From Gammaproteobacteria bacterium (GTDB taxonomy: Bacteria; Pseudomonadota; Gammaproteobacteria; Arenicellales; JAJDZL01): a DNA stretch of 64,000 nt. The stretch is from positions 4,512-68,511 of the forward strand of contig JAKZRU010000058.1 in assembly GCA_047517965.1 (NCBI GenBank), read 5' to 3'. Both the position numbers and the translations under genes were made by a program. Each line of letters starts with the position of its first letter. Within the stretch, counting starts at the first letter, position 1. The notes under the pieces were generated by a model. The model was not told the origin of the DNA. It made no database searches and saw only the letters and a list, made by a program, of their open reading frames with translations. Positions 30,428-40,502 of the stretch are shown in pieces.

Positions 30428-31216
30428 TCAAACCATCTGGATCAGTGAGTCCAGCAATGCGTCGGGTCGTTCCGACATTATCGTATGTCCAGTGCGCGGC
30501 AGGACAACAGTCTGCGAATTACTAATTTCCTTGGCTAGCTCACGTGCTGCTCGAGTCGGCGTGAGCATGTCGTGCTCCCCCAGTATCAGCATCGTAGGAC
30601 ACTGGATGTTGCGTGCAGCTTCCATTCCTGATGTGTAGTTGTTACAAGCATTGAGGTCATTGTATAAAACACCCGCCTTACCGCGCTCAAACAGTCGCAT
30701 CAAACCTCCAATCATCCACATACCCGGTGTTTCGTTGCCTCCGAAATGTGCGGCTGGACTGTGCCCCCAAGCAGTAAGCATTTCAATTGCAATATGGTCG
30801 TTGGCGTTTGCTGCGTTCAGCAACTGATCAGTTACCGGCATCGGTACCGCGGTACCGACCAGAACCAGAGCACGAATTCGACTCGGATGTCGGGCTGCGC
30901 AGTCGAGCGTAATGAGCGACCCCATGCTATGACCGATGATGGCGGTTTGTTCGATACCGACGGCGTTGAGTACTTCGATAAGCCAGTCCGCGTACTGTGA
31001 AATCTCGGTAAGGACGTTTCCGTCGGACAGTCCATGGCCTGGCAAATCAACTGCGAGCACATTCCAGCCGTGGCGTGCGAAGTAACGAGCCGGCAACGTC
31101 CACACGGTGTGGTCCAACGACGCGCCATGCACGAACAAAGCCGACGGTTTGGTTGGGTCAATATCTTTTCCGCCAGTGAACGCGTATGCGCTATAGCCGT
31201 GAAGCGGAATTTTCAT
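30428..31216 (-). CDS. Alpha/beta-fold hydrolase
   Basis: FVHGASLDHTVW, nucleophile elbow GHSMGS and a C-terminal GHTIMSERP motif. Confidence 0.8.
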   Translation of the reverse strand: MKIPLHGYSAYAFTGGKDIDPTKPSALFVHGASLDHTVWTLPARYFARHGWNVLAVDLPGHGLSDGNVLTEISQYADWLIEVLNAVGIEQTAIIGHSMGSLITLDCAARHPSRIRALVLVGTAVPMPVTDQLLNAANANDHIAIEMLTAWGHSPAAHFGGNETPGMWMIGGLMRLFERGKAGVLYNDLNACNNYTSGMEAARNIQCPTMLILGEHDMLTPTRAARELAKEISNSQTVVLPRTGHTIMSERPDALLDSLIQMV

Positions 31217-31250
31217 GAATGCCGAGAGCTTCCTATTTCGTTGAATTGAT

Positions 31251-32549
31251 TCAACGAGTGTGCTGCGAAGACTTCAGACCCAAATCAAGATCGAAGATGA
31301 GATCGTCTGCATCTTCCAGTCCAACTGAAAGTCGAACCAGACCCTCGGAAATACCGGCATTTTGCAGTGCCTGTGCATCCATGCGATGATGCGTCGTCGA
31401 GGCAGGGTGAATGACCAGGGATTTGGCATCTCCGACGTTTGCCAGATGAGAAAACAATTTCAATTTTTCAATCAAGCGATGACCGGCTTCGCGACCGCCT
31501 TTGATGCCGAATGAAAAGACCGCGCCTGCACCTTTCGGCAACTGGCGCTTCGCCAGTTCATGATCCGGATGATCTGCAATTTCAGGATAGCTTACCCATT
31601 CGACTGCGGAATGAGACTGAAGAAATTCAATGATTTTTCGAGTATTGGAAACATGCCGTTCCATTCTGAGAGGTAGCGTTTCCAAGCCCTGCAGTACCAG
31701 AAATGCCGTCATTGGGCTCATGCACGCGCCAAAATCTCGGGCGCCTTCCTTGCGTGCACGGGTAATGTAGGCGGCGGGCCCGAACTCTTCAGCAAAATTG
31801 AGCCCGTGGAACCCATCGTACGGCTCTGAAAGTGTCGGAAACTTGCCGGATGCAATCCAGTCGAATTTGCCGCTGTCTACCAATACCCCGCCAATGACTA
31901 CACCATGTCCGCTCAAGAATTTCGTTGCCGAGTGAAAGATCAGGTCCGCGCCTAGATCGAAAGGTCTGCACAAATAGGGTGTCGTAAAGGTCGAGTCGAT
32001 CAACAACGGGACGCCATGCTCATGTGCGATTTCAGAAGCTGTTTCGATGTCCAACAGTTCACAACTCGGATTGCCGATGACTTCTCCGAACAACAAGCGA
32101 GTATTCGGGCGAAAAGCATTGCGGATTGCATCATGATCACGGGGGTGCACAAACGTTGTTTCTATACCGAATCTCGGCAGGGTATAAGAAAGCAGGTTGT
32201 GCGAGCCGCCATAGATAGATTGGGAAGACACTATATGAGAACCCGCTCCCAAAATGGTGGCAATGGCTAAATGAAAGGCAGCTTGCCCGCTGGCGGTTGC
32301 GATGGCTCCCACGCCCCCTTCCAATGCTGAAATTCTTTCTTCAAATACTGCATTGGTCGGATTCGAGATGCGAGAATACACATGCCCGGTGCGTTCAATA
32401 TTGAAGATGGAAGCGGCATGATCGACATCCTCAAACACATACGAGGCAGTCTGGTAGATTGGCGTTGCCCGGGCACGGGTGGCGGCGTCTGGTCGCTGTC
32501 CTGCATGCAGGGACAGCGTGTCAAATTTCATGAATCCGGAATTCGTCAT
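31251..32549 (-). CDS. metY: O-acetylhomoserine aminocarboxypropyltransferase/sulfhydrylase
   Basis: 432 aa of the Cys/Met-metabolism PLP family: RISNPTN, PLP-lysine motif [11 protein letters not shown] and [10 protein letters not shown]. Confidence 0.9.
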   Translation of the reverse strand: MTNSGFMKFDTLSLHAGQRPDAATRARATPIYQTASYVFEDVDHAASIFNIERTGHVYSRISNPTNAVFEERISALEGGVGAIATASGQAAFHLAIATILGAGSHIVSSQSIYGGSHNLLSYTLPRFGIETTFVHPRDHDAIRNAFRPNTRLLFGEVIGNPSCELLDIETASEIAHEHGVPLLIDSTFTTPYLCRPFDLGADLIFHSATKFLSGHGVVIGGVLVDSGKFDWIASGKFPTLSEPYDGFHGLNFAEEFGPAAYITRARKEGARDFGACMSPMTAFLVLQGLETLPLRMERHVSNTRKIIEFLQSHSAVEWVSYPEIADHPDHELAKRQLPKGAGAVFSFGIKGGREAGHRLIEKLKLFSHLANVGDAKSLVIHPASTTHHRMDAQALQNAGISEGLVRLSVGLEDADDLIFDLDLGLKSSQHTR

Positions 32550-32717
32550 GGATAGAATTAGGTCGTCAGGCCGTAGTGACTACGGTAATGCTGAATCACT
32601 TGAACAAAACGGATATTCTAGCCGAAATTGTTCAAATCAATGCCACTAAGTTGTGAAGAATTGCTAATCGTGAAGCGTACTATATAATTACAATTACGTA
32701 GTTACATTGAGGTTAGA

Positions 32718-33011
32718 ATGCTGCTTTGGACATGGGACGAAAATAAGAGTAAGAGAAATATTCGATCTCATGGGATTAGCTTTGAGACTGCAGTACATGT
32801 TTTTGATGATCGATATGCAGCAACGCTGGAAGACCAGTATCGAGATGAACAACAGTGGCGTACGATGGGAATGATAGGCACAGTCGTTGTCGTGGTTATT
32901 CACACTTGATCTGAATTTGACGATGAAAGCGGTGACGAGCTCGGTCGAATCATTAGTGCTAGGAAAGCTACTAAACACGAAAGAGAAACTTATGAAGAAG
33001 GGAAGTACTAA
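32718..33011 (+). pseudogene. brnT: BrnT-family (DUF497) toxin gene interrupted by an in-frame TGA at 32907-32909
   Basis: The listed ORF gives MLLWTWDENKSKRNIRSHGISFETAVHVFDD...VVVVVIHT*. Reading on in the same frame gives SEFDDESGDELGRIISARKATKHERETYEEGKY*, the conserved BrnT C-terminus. The terminal TAA at 33009-33011 overlaps the brnA start. Confidence 0.7.
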
Positions 33012-33288
33012 ACTGACGAACAATCAAAAAGCCGAGTTGAAGGCGCTTGAAGCACTACCCGATGAATACATCGATACTGCTGATGCCCCCGAAAATTTGG
33101 ACTGGTCAAACGCTGAACGAGGTGTATTCTACCGTCCGGTGAAGCAACAAATCACTTTGCGTCTGGATGCGGACATATTGCATTGGTTCAGGATACATGC
33201 CCGTAACGGACGCGGTTACCAGACCGATATTAACCGTGCACTGCGCAAACATGTTGCCCAGGAAGCTACGGATGGCGAGAGAGTATAG
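32992..33288 (+). CDS. brnA: BrnA-family antitoxin
   Basis: From the ATG at 32992: MKKGSTKLTNNQKAELKALEALPDEYIDTADAPE...RPVKQQITLRLDADILHWFR...GYQTDINRALRKHV, a typical BrnA/DUF4415-like pattern. The longer listed ORF (32887) runs through the brnT 3' part in another frame. Confidence 0.75.
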   Translation: MKKGSTKLTNNQKAELKALEALPDEYIDTADAPENLDWSNAERGVFYRPVKQQITLRLDADILHWFRIHARNGRGYQTDINRALRKHVAQEATDGERV

Positions 33289-33487
33289 CGAAAGCCAATT
33301 TTTTCAGTCTTATCAATTTTTGTGGAATTGGCTGTTTGTGGTTACATACCTTGTTGAAATTATTTATATTGTGAAGCCTGATTTTGCCATTGGTGAAGCA
33401 TCTTGGTGAGCTGTTGGTTTCAGTCAGTGTTGCTGAAACACATTCGATCAAGAATGCCGATGTACTCAAGGAACTGAAGGAATTGGA

Positions 33488-34267
33488 ATGCGGGTGATTG
33501 CAAACGATTGGAGTAGATCGAATTTTCTAACAGTCTTATGCGGTCTGTCTTTGTTCGCTGGAACCATTGCCTGTACTAATTTCGAATCTGTTGCGAGTGA
33601 CGACACCCGACTATCGGTTGAAGTGCTGTCATCGCCGTTGGAATTCCCGGAACAATCCGAATCAACTATCTTAGCTGATCGAATCCTAGCCGATCAAAGT
33701 GATGCCCTACTATTTGATACCGAGAGGCGCAACAATCTGATTTCTGAAATCGAGCAGGTTCTGAAGTTGGTTCGAGAGACGCACCCTGCGACTGCTGAAA
33801 TCTCGGCGATAGAAAATCACCAGCCGGAAACGCTGATTGTCGGTTTGACTTCGGAACTGATGAAGTCAGTCTCGGAAATTGTTAGCGGCGAAAATCGATA
33901 TATCACACTGCATACAGGCAACGAAGAATTTGATGCATTGAACAGCAGGCTAGGTGTGCATGCAATAGAGTCTTACACATTGTTTAATAACGTGATTTTG
34001 CACTTCAAGTTTCCCGTAAATCTTCTGCAGGCACAGTTTGAATACTCTATGATCGCAGGTGTTGAATATGCGGAACTGAATTCACGAGTAGGAGATTATT
34101 CCGATATTGAAATGGTGAAATTCAACAATGAATGGTTTGTGATGTTTCGAAAAGCCTGGGGTGATTGTCCATCTGGTTGTCTGTATGAAGAATTAATGTT
34201 TTTCAGGGTAAGGGGCGGTAAGGTAAAACGAATTAAAGAGCAAGCGTTTATGGATTCAATAAAATAG
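33488..34267 (+). CDS. Hypothetical lipoprotein/exported protein
   Basis: 259 aa with an N-terminal hydrophobic segment ending in a lipobox-like FAGTIAC. No recognisable family. Confidence 0.5.
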   Translation: MRVIANDWSRSNFLTVLCGLSLFAGTIACTNFESVASDDTRLSVEVLSSPLEFPEQSESTILADRILADQSDALLFDTERRNNLISEIEQVLKLVRETHPATAEISAIENHQPETLIVGLTSELMKSVSEIVSGENRYITLHTGNEEFDALNSRLGVHAIESYTLFNNVILHFKFPVNLLQAQFEYSMIAGVEYAELNSRVGDYSDIEMVKFNNEWFVMFRKAWGDCPSGCLYEELMFFRVRGGKVKRIKEQAFMDSIK

Positions 34268-34559
34268 ATTTGGCTTCTCGTGGCCATAGGATGAGGATCG
34301 AGAACGCAACCCGCCGGAAATTCTAGGATTGACCCTGTGGCAAGGATTCGACAGGAATTGTTGCCAAAGTATCTCTTCAGTGCAAATTCTTGAGTTACGC
34401 AATTTGCAGTCGTGAAAGGTGAATATAATCTGCCTGTCTTCTTCGTCTAGATTGTCTTTCGATTGAATCCGCTTTGGTTTCTGCACTGCCTGTCTTCGTC
34501 AAGTAGAATTGAATAGCGACTTCACGAAGTCTTGATAAACAAATTTTCGCATATTTTCG

Positions 34560-35783
34560 ATGGATTCAGATCAACCTAGATTTAATTGGCTTCATCCATT
34601 CATCATTGTGATTTGTGGATGTCTCGTCATATTTATTGCCTTTGGCATTCGGTCTACGATGGGTGTTTTCCTCGTACCGATCACCGAACAATATGATTGG
34701 GGGCGAAGTATATTCGCTTTTGCCGCAGCCCTCCAAAATCTGTTCTGGGGATTTTCGCAGCCAATATTCGGGGCGATTGCAGATCGTTTCGGATCCGGAA
34801 GAGTCATTCTAATCGGTGGAATCTGTTATGTAGCTGGTCTGGCACTGATGATTGTCTCATCAACACCGCTCGGCTTCTATATTACCAACGGCGCCCTGAT
34901 CGGGTTTGGTCTATCTGGCACCACATTTGCGATTGTCTTGGCCGTTATCGCCAGGGCGGTACCTGAAAGACAGCGATCCATGGCTTTGGGAATCGGTGCA
35001 GCAGCTGGATCACTAGGTCAGTTTGTTCTTGTGCCGCTGGGCAATTCGCTGATATTGCAGTTCGGCTGGGCCAGTACGATAGCCATGCTAAGCTGCCTGA
35101 TGTTGCTTGTAATTCCGTTATCCTTCGTACTTTCCGGAAAACCAAATATTTCTGGCCCCGAACAGACTCTCAAAGCAGCCGTGTCTCAAGCCGCCCGGCA
35201 TCCCGGTTACGTTCTCCTAACAAGCGGATTTTTCGTTTGTGGTTTTCAGGTTACATTCATCGGCATTCACTTACCTGCCTACTTGACGGATATTGGTCTG
35301 TCAAGCAACGTTGGAGCTTGGGCACTGTCGATGGTTGGATTGTTCAATCTCGTGGGTACGCTGCTTGCAGGCTATATGGGAAACATATTCAAAAAGAAGA
35401 GCATATTGAGTTTTATTTATCTAGGACGAGCGATTGTCATCGCCGTATTTGTGATGTTACCGCCATCGGTGCCGAGTGCATTGATCTTTGCTGGCTGTAT
35501 GGGCATACTTTGGCTCGCAACCATACCCTTGACATCGGGCATTGTCAGTCAGGTCTTTGGTGCGCGTTATCTTGGCACTTTGTTCGGATTTGTATTCTTA
35601 GGTCACCAGATCGGCAGTTTTCTGGGTGTTTGGATGGGTGGTGTTCTGTTTGACACCACTCAGTCTTATGCAGTTGTCTGGTGGATTTGCGTGGCGCTTG
35701 GAGTCATTGCGGCACTACTGCATTGGCCTATCAACGAAAGTCCGATTCGGGAAACAATGAGGCCTGTCTCCGAATCGGTATAG
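34560..35783 (+). CDS. MFS transporter
   Basis: A 407-aa, roughly 12-TM protein with the MFS loop motif (GAIADRFGSGRV). Confidence 0.85.
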   Translation: MDSDQPRFNWLHPFIIVICGCLVIFIAFGIRSTMGVFLVPITEQYDWGRSIFAFAAALQNLFWGFSQPIFGAIADRFGSGRVILIGGICYVAGLALMIVSSTPLGFYITNGALIGFGLSGTTFAIVLAVIARAVPERQRSMALGIGAAAGSLGQFVLVPLGNSLILQFGWASTIAMLSCLMLLVIPLSFVLSGKPNISGPEQTLKAAVSQAARHPGYVLLTSGFFVCGFQVTFIGIHLPAYLTDIGLSSNVGAWALSMVGLFNLVGTLLAGYMGNIFKKKSILSFIYLGRAIVIAVFVMLPPSVPSALIFAGCMGILWLATIPLTSGIVSQVFGARYLGTLFGFVFLGHQIGSFLGVWMGGVLFDTTQSYAVVWWICVALGVIAALLHWPINESPIRETMRPVSESV

Positions 35784-35830
35784 ACGACCAATATCTGTTT
35801 AGTAGACCTTAATAACTCATGGGGTGAAAT

Positions 35831-37141
35831 GTGAGTAATAGAGAAATTCAATCAGTAACGGTTCTAGGTGCGGGTACCATGGGCAGCGGCATCGCCGCGG
35901 CTTGTGCCGAAGCAGGTTGCAAGACGAATCTGCTGGATGTTACGCCGGAATTGGCGGAACGTGGCAAGCAGAGTATGCTGATTGGCAGAGCGCCCATGCT
36001 TGACAATCCTGAATCGGCGGATCGAATTACGACCGGAGGATTTGATGACTCTCTCGCGCTTGCAGCAGAGTCCGATTGGATATGCGAAGCGATTGTCGAA
36101 AATCTTGAATCAAAGCGCGAGATTTTCTCCAGACTGGACCGAGTGCGAAGGCCGAACTCAATCGTAACGTCCAACACCTCCGGGATTCCGCTTCGTTCAA
36201 TCTGTGAAGGAATGTCCGAGCAATTCCGCAAGGATGTCGCGGTTACACATTTCTTCAATCCCGTTAAAGTCATGCGACTGCTAGAACTGGTTGAGGGTGA
36301 AGACACTACCGCTGATGTCATCGAATCCTTGGCGACATTTGCCCGAAACAGCCTTGGCAAAGGTGTTGTCTATGCCAAGGATACTGTGAATTTCATAGGT
36401 AATAGAATCGGCTGTTTCTGGATGTTGGCGGGGTTTCACAAAGGCCGTCAAGCGCGTATTGACGGAATATCAATTGAAAAAATGGATGCACTGATGAGCG
36501 CCGCACTCGGAATTCCTTCTACCGGACTCTATGGATTGATTGATCTGGTCGGACTGGATGTGATGAAACTGGTTGCCACCAATCTGAATGAAAATCTACC
36601 CGACAATGATGCCGGAAGAGCCTATCTCGAATTTCCGCCGAAAGAACAGGCGATGTTTGATGCGGGACAACTCGGACGAAAAAGCGGCGGGGGATTCTAT
36701 CGCATGCTTAAAAATGAAGACGGCACTCGACGCAAGGAAATGTATGAGTCGGAATCCGGTTCGTGGCTGTCGGCTCTAGGCGCATCGGTCAACGGAGATG
36801 CCTGTTCTGTGGTTTTTGATTCGGGCACGGAAGGCAAATTCGCCTGGAGCCTGATTTCGGAAACCCTATGCTATGCAGCCGATCTAGTGCCCGATATCTC
36901 GAACGATATCGTCAACGTTGATCGTGCCATGCGCTGGGGTTTCAACTGGGACAAGGGACCATTTGAGCTACTCGATGCACTAGGGACAGATGCCGTAGTC
37001 GCTAGACTCCGGTCCGAGAACCGTAAAATTCCTCGCATGCTGGAGACACTTCAGTCTAGTGGTTTGACAAGCTTTTATAGTGGTGATGGGACACAATATA
37101 TTGGCACAGACGGGAATCTGCACGCTGTCCCGCAGGAGTAG
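35831..37141 (+). CDS. 3-hydroxyacyl-CoA dehydrogenase family protein
   Basis: The start is GTG. It has an NAD Rossmann motif (VTVLGAGTMGSGIA), SNTSGIP, HFFNPV and a C-terminal 3HCDH dimerisation-type region. Confidence 0.8.
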   Translation: MSNREIQSVTVLGAGTMGSGIAAACAEAGCKTNLLDVTPELAERGKQSMLIGRAPMLDNPESADRITTGGFDDSLALAAESDWICEAIVENLESKREIFSRLDRVRRPNSIVTSNTSGIPLRSICEGMSEQFRKDVAVTHFFNPVKVMRLLELVEGEDTTADVIESLATFARNSLGKGVVYAKDTVNFIGNRIGCFWMLAGFHKGRQARIDGISIEKMDALMSAALGIPSTGLYGLIDLVGLDVMKLVATNLNENLPDNDAGRAYLEFPPKEQAMFDAGQLGRKSGGGFYRMLKNEDGTRRKEMYESESGSWLSALGASVNGDACSVVFDSGTEGKFAWSLISETLCYAADLVPDISNDIVNVDRAMRWGFNWDKGPFELLDALGTDAVVARLRSENRKIPRMLETLQSSGLTSFYSGDGTQYIGTDGNLHAVPQE

Positions 37142-37201
37142 AAACGAATGTTTGGACCGATTCCGAACCGTTGTTGCGAGTGACAGGTTTTATCGGTTGA
37201 T

Positions 37202-37855
37202 TTAGATCCAGTAACTCGAACGAGTCATCACTTTCGACAGGGCTCGCATCAGTTCCTTTGCGGGTGCGGACAATATCCCGGCTCCGCTTTGTTCTGCTGT
37301 TTTGGCATGCTTGAGTTCGTCTTCGCGCATTTGTTTCAGAACTTTTTGACTGCTGCGATCCGATACCGGCAGACGCTGAAGATGCCGGTCCAAGTGTTCG
37401 GCTACCTGATATTCTGTTTCAGCCAGAAAAGCCGCACTGGTTCGATCTCCCAGCAGTCCGGCAATTGCACCAATCGTGTAAGAGCTGACATAGAAAATCG
37501 GATTGAGTCTGCTGGTTCTGCCGTTCAATGATTTGATTCGATCTTCACACCATGCCAAATGGTCATTTTCTTCATCGGCCGCTTGCTGAAAAGTTTCGCG
37601 CAGGTCAGAATTACGCGCAGTCAGAGACTGCCCTTGATAAAGTGCTTGCGCACAGACTTCGCCAGTGTGATTGACCCTCATCAAGCGTCTGGCTTCATCT
37701 TCTTCCCAGTTGGAGAGATTCTGCTTTACAGATTCATCAGCAGGAGAAGGCCTAGAGGGTTCGGCCGGTGCGCACAGGGTTCGCAACATATTGTCTGCAT
37801 GCGAAATCAACTGATCCGCTAAGGTGTATTGTCGATTCATCTTTTGTTCATCCAT
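37202..37855 (-). CDS. coq7: Demethoxyubiquinone hydroxylase, Coq7 family (di-iron)
   Basis: MRVNHTGEVCAQALYQGQ plus ExxH-type di-iron ligand motifs (EENDHLAW, EYQVAEHL, EDELKHA). Confidence 0.85.
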   Translation of the reverse strand: MDEQKMNRQYTLADQLISHADNMLRTLCAPAEPSRPSPADESVKQNLSNWEEDEARRLMRVNHTGEVCAQALYQGQSLTARNSDLRETFQQAADEENDHLAWCEDRIKSLNGRTSRLNPIFYVSSYTIGAIAGLLGDRTSAAFLAETEYQVAEHLDRHLQRLPVSDRSSQKVLKQMREDELKHAKTAEQSGAGILSAPAKELMRALSKVMTRSSYWI

Positions 37856-37880
37856 CTGTCCGACAACACTATGATACCTG

Positions 37881-39410
37881 ATGGTTGGCTATAATGGTAA
37901 GGCATCCATCTTAAGAGAACTCTGTGCTGAAATGACACCTGAAATAGAGAAAATACGTTCAAACAACAAGCTCGCGCAGGACCTGCGTAGCATTGTCGGT
38001 GCGGATGCAGTAATCACCGAAGAAGAGGCGTTACGCCCGTTTGAATGTGACGGTCTTACCGCCTATCGAGAGCTGCCGCTGATGGTTGTTCTGCCGGCCA
38101 CGATTGAGGAAGTGCAGAGAATTATGAAAGCGTGTTCAGAGAACTCTGTACCGGTCGTGACGCGAGGTGCCGGAACCGGTCTTTCCGGTGGAGCATTGCC
38201 GTTGCCGGACGGTGTTTTATTGAGCCTCACTCGCATGAGCAAAATTTTAGAGATCAATGCTCCCGCAAAAACCGCTCGTGTTCAACCAGGCGTAAGAAAT
38301 CTGGCTATTTCCGAAGCAGTTCGGCACTTGGGTTTGTACTATGCTCCGGATCCATCTTCGCAGATTGCATGTTCCATCGGTGGCAATGTGGCTGAAAACT
38401 CCGGCGGTGTCCATTGTCTGAAATACGGTCTCACAGTACACAATATTCTTCAGCTGCAGGTGGTGACGGTTAACGGTGAATTATTGACCGTCGGTGGTGA
38501 AGGGCTTGATTCACCCGGATATGATCTGCTCGCATTGATGACCGGTTCGGAAGGCATGTTGGGTGTCGTCGTTGAAGTTCTGGTCAAATTGCTTCCAATT
38601 CCGCCATCAGCACAAGTCGTAATGGCGTCTTTTGACGATATTGAAAGAGCAGGGCAGTCCGTTGCAGCCATCATAGGTGCCGGAATTCTGCCCGCAGGCC
38701 TGGAAATGATGGATCGCTACGCGATTCAGGCGGCTGAAGACTTCGTTCATGCTGGATATCCGGTGGATGCTGCCGCAATTTTGCTGTGCGAGCTGGACGG
38801 AACTTTGGAAGAAGTGCGAGATCAGATTGATAAAGTTGAGCGGATCTTGCGTGATCAAGGTGCAGTGGATACCTGGGTGGCCAGAGATGAACAGGCGCGC
38901 CAGCGATTCTGGTCAGGTCGAAAAGCAGCTTTTCCAGCAGTTGGGCGGATTTCCCCCGATTACTATTGCATCGACGGAACTATTCCACGCCGCGAGCTGG
39001 GTAAGGTTCTGATTAAAATCAATGAGTTGTCCAATCAATACAATCTACGTGTGGCGAATGTATTTCATGCAGGGGACGGTAACCTGCATCCACTCATTCT
39101 TTACGATGCAAACAAACCCGGAGAACTGGAGCAAACGGAAGAACTGGGCAATCGCATCCTTGAACTGTGCGTTGAAGTCGGGGGTACGGTAACCGGAGAA
39201 CACGGTGTAGGTGTGGAAAAACTGCGTCCGATGTGTTTGCAGTTCGAGGATGCCGTGCTAGAACAGTTTCATGCAGTGAAGGCTGCCTGGGATCCAGAGA
39301 CACTGCTGAATCCAGGCAAAGCGGTTCCAACTCTGGCTCGTTGTGCCGAGTTCAACTCGATGCACGTCCATGGAGGCAACTTGCCATTCAGCAATCTGGA
39401 GAGATTCTGA
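37881..39410 (+). CDS. glcD: Glycolate oxidase subunit GlcD (FAD-linked oxidase)
   Basis: PFECDGLTAY, VVTRGAGTGLSGGALP, GDGNLHPLI and GEHGVG. glcE and glcF follow. The start is ambiguous (ATG 37881 or 37932). Confidence 0.9.
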   Translation: MVGYNGKASILRELCAEMTPEIEKIRSNNKLAQDLRSIVGADAVITEEEALRPFECDGLTAYRELPLMVVLPATIEEVQRIMKACSENSVPVVTRGAGTGLSGGALPLPDGVLLSLTRMSKILEINAPAKTARVQPGVRNLAISEAVRHLGLYYAPDPSSQIACSIGGNVAENSGGVHCLKYGLTVHNILQLQVVTVNGELLTVGGEGLDSPGYDLLALMTGSEGMLGVVVEVLVKLLPIPPSAQVVMASFDDIERAGQSVAAIIGAGILPAGLEMMDRYAIQAAEDFVHAGYPVDAAAILLCELDGTLEEVRDQIDKVERILRDQGAVDTWVARDEQARQRFWSGRKAAFPAVGRISPDYYCIDGTIPRRELGKVLIKINELSNQYNLRVANVFHAGDGNLHPLILYDANKPGELEQTEELGNRILELCVEVGGTVTGEHGVGVEKLRPMCLQFEDAVLEQFHAVKAAWDPETLLNPGKAVPTLARCAEFNSMHVHGGNLPFSNLERF

Positions 39411-39411
39411 G

Positions 39412-40479
39412 TTGACCTGTGCTGACGAAACCGGGCAACTTGTTGAAGCCATTCAATTTGCCCATGGAAATTCACAGCCTCTCAGAATAAGGGGTTCCGG
39501 AAGCAAGTTCTTTTTCGGGCATTCAATCGTGGGCACGGTGCTGGATGTATCGAAGCATGCAGGAATTCTGTCATACGAGCCGTCTGAACTTGTGCTCACG
39601 GCGAGAGCCGGGACTAAACTTTCCGAAATTACAAAAGCGCTATCCGAGTCCGAACAGATGCTCGGATTCGAGCCTCCGTTTTTCGGCAAGAATGCGACTT
39701 TGGGCGGCACAATCGCCTGTGGTTTTTCCGGTCCTCGACGGCCTTTTTCGGGATCGGCTCGAGATTTTGTGTTAGGCGTCAAATGCATTAACGGAAAAGG
39801 ACAATTTCTGGCATTTGGCGGGCAGGTCATCAAGAATGTAGCCGGATACGATGTTTCGCGGCTGATGGTCGGGGCGCTAGGTTCACTCGGCGTTCTATGC
39901 GAAATATCCTTGAAAGTGCTGCCGAAATTCGAGCTTGAGGTGACGCGGATACGCGAAATGGATGAAATAGGCGCATGCAAGGAAATGGTGCGGCTGGCTG
40001 GATTTTCCTTGCCTATTTCCGCAATGAGTTATTACCAAGGTCTGTTGCGAGTGCGTCTGTCAGGAACCGAAAACGGAATTCTGGCTGCGCAGGCAGTGGT
40101 CGGTGGAGAAGTGGATAACAGCGGTGAAGAATACTGGCTTCAGCTAAGAGAGCAGCAGCTCAGATATTTCAATCGCAACCAGCCTCTGTGGCGACTGTCC
40201 GTACCTGCGACAACACCTCGTCTGCCATTTGCAGATGGCTGCCTGATCGATTGGGGCGGAGCCTTGCGATGGGTTTATACGGATCAGCCCGCAGACTCGG
40301 TCTTTATGGCTGCAAAGCAGGCCGGTGGTCACGCAGCCATGTTTCGTCCGGATACACACTGGCCGACAGATCGGTTCAGCCAGCTCTCCGATCCAGTGGC
40401 AGGCATCCATGCTCGACTCAAGTCGGCATTCGACCCGGCAGGAATTCTAAATCCAGGAATTATGTATGCCGATGTCTAA
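39412..40479 (+). CDS. glcE: Glycolate oxidase FAD-binding subunit GlcE
   Basis: I trimmed the listed ORF (39343) to the TTG at 39412, directly after the glcD stop (39408-39410). It has LRIRGSGSKFF, VKNVAGYD and a C-terminal DPAGILNPG. Confidence 0.8.
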   Translation: MTCADETGQLVEAIQFAHGNSQPLRIRGSGSKFFFGHSIVGTVLDVSKHAGILSYEPSELVLTARAGTKLSEITKALSESEQMLGFEPPFFGKNATLGGTIACGFSGPRRPFSGSARDFVLGVKCINGKGQFLAFGGQVIKNVAGYDVSRLMVGALGSLGVLCEISLKVLPKFELEVTRIREMDEIGACKEMVRLAGFSLPISAMSYYQGLLRVRLSGTENGILAAQAVVGGEVDNSGEEYWLQLREQQLRYFNRNQPLWRLSVPATTPRLPFADGCLIDWGGALRWVYTDQPADSVFMAAKQAGGHAAMFRPDTHWPTDRFSQLSDPVAGIHARLKSAFDPAGILNPGIMYADV

Positions 40480-40502
40480 TTTATCCCAAAGCCTCTAATA
40501 CG

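Noticed and set aside
32907-32909. TGA in brnT as selenocysteine or reassigned codon
   Set aside because: No SECIS-like hairpin is evident immediately downstream. BrnT is not a known selenoprotein. TGA clearly terminates several other genes in this window, so a nonsense mutation or sequencing error is the simpler reading.
34916-34931. Perfect sigma54-type -24/-12 element, TGGCAC-N5-TTGC
   Set aside because: It lies in the middle of the MFS transporter coding sequence with no downstream gene start to serve. The local NtrX-like regulator lacks the sigma54-contact loop. It is most likely a chance match.
39343-39411. The longer listed starts for glcE (39343) and glcF (40188)
   Set aside because: These extensions overlap the preceding gene in another frame and give nonsensical Arg/Cys-rich N-termini. 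I trimmed them to the TTG at 39412 and the ATG at 40503, which sit right after the upstream stop codons and begin the conserved sequence.
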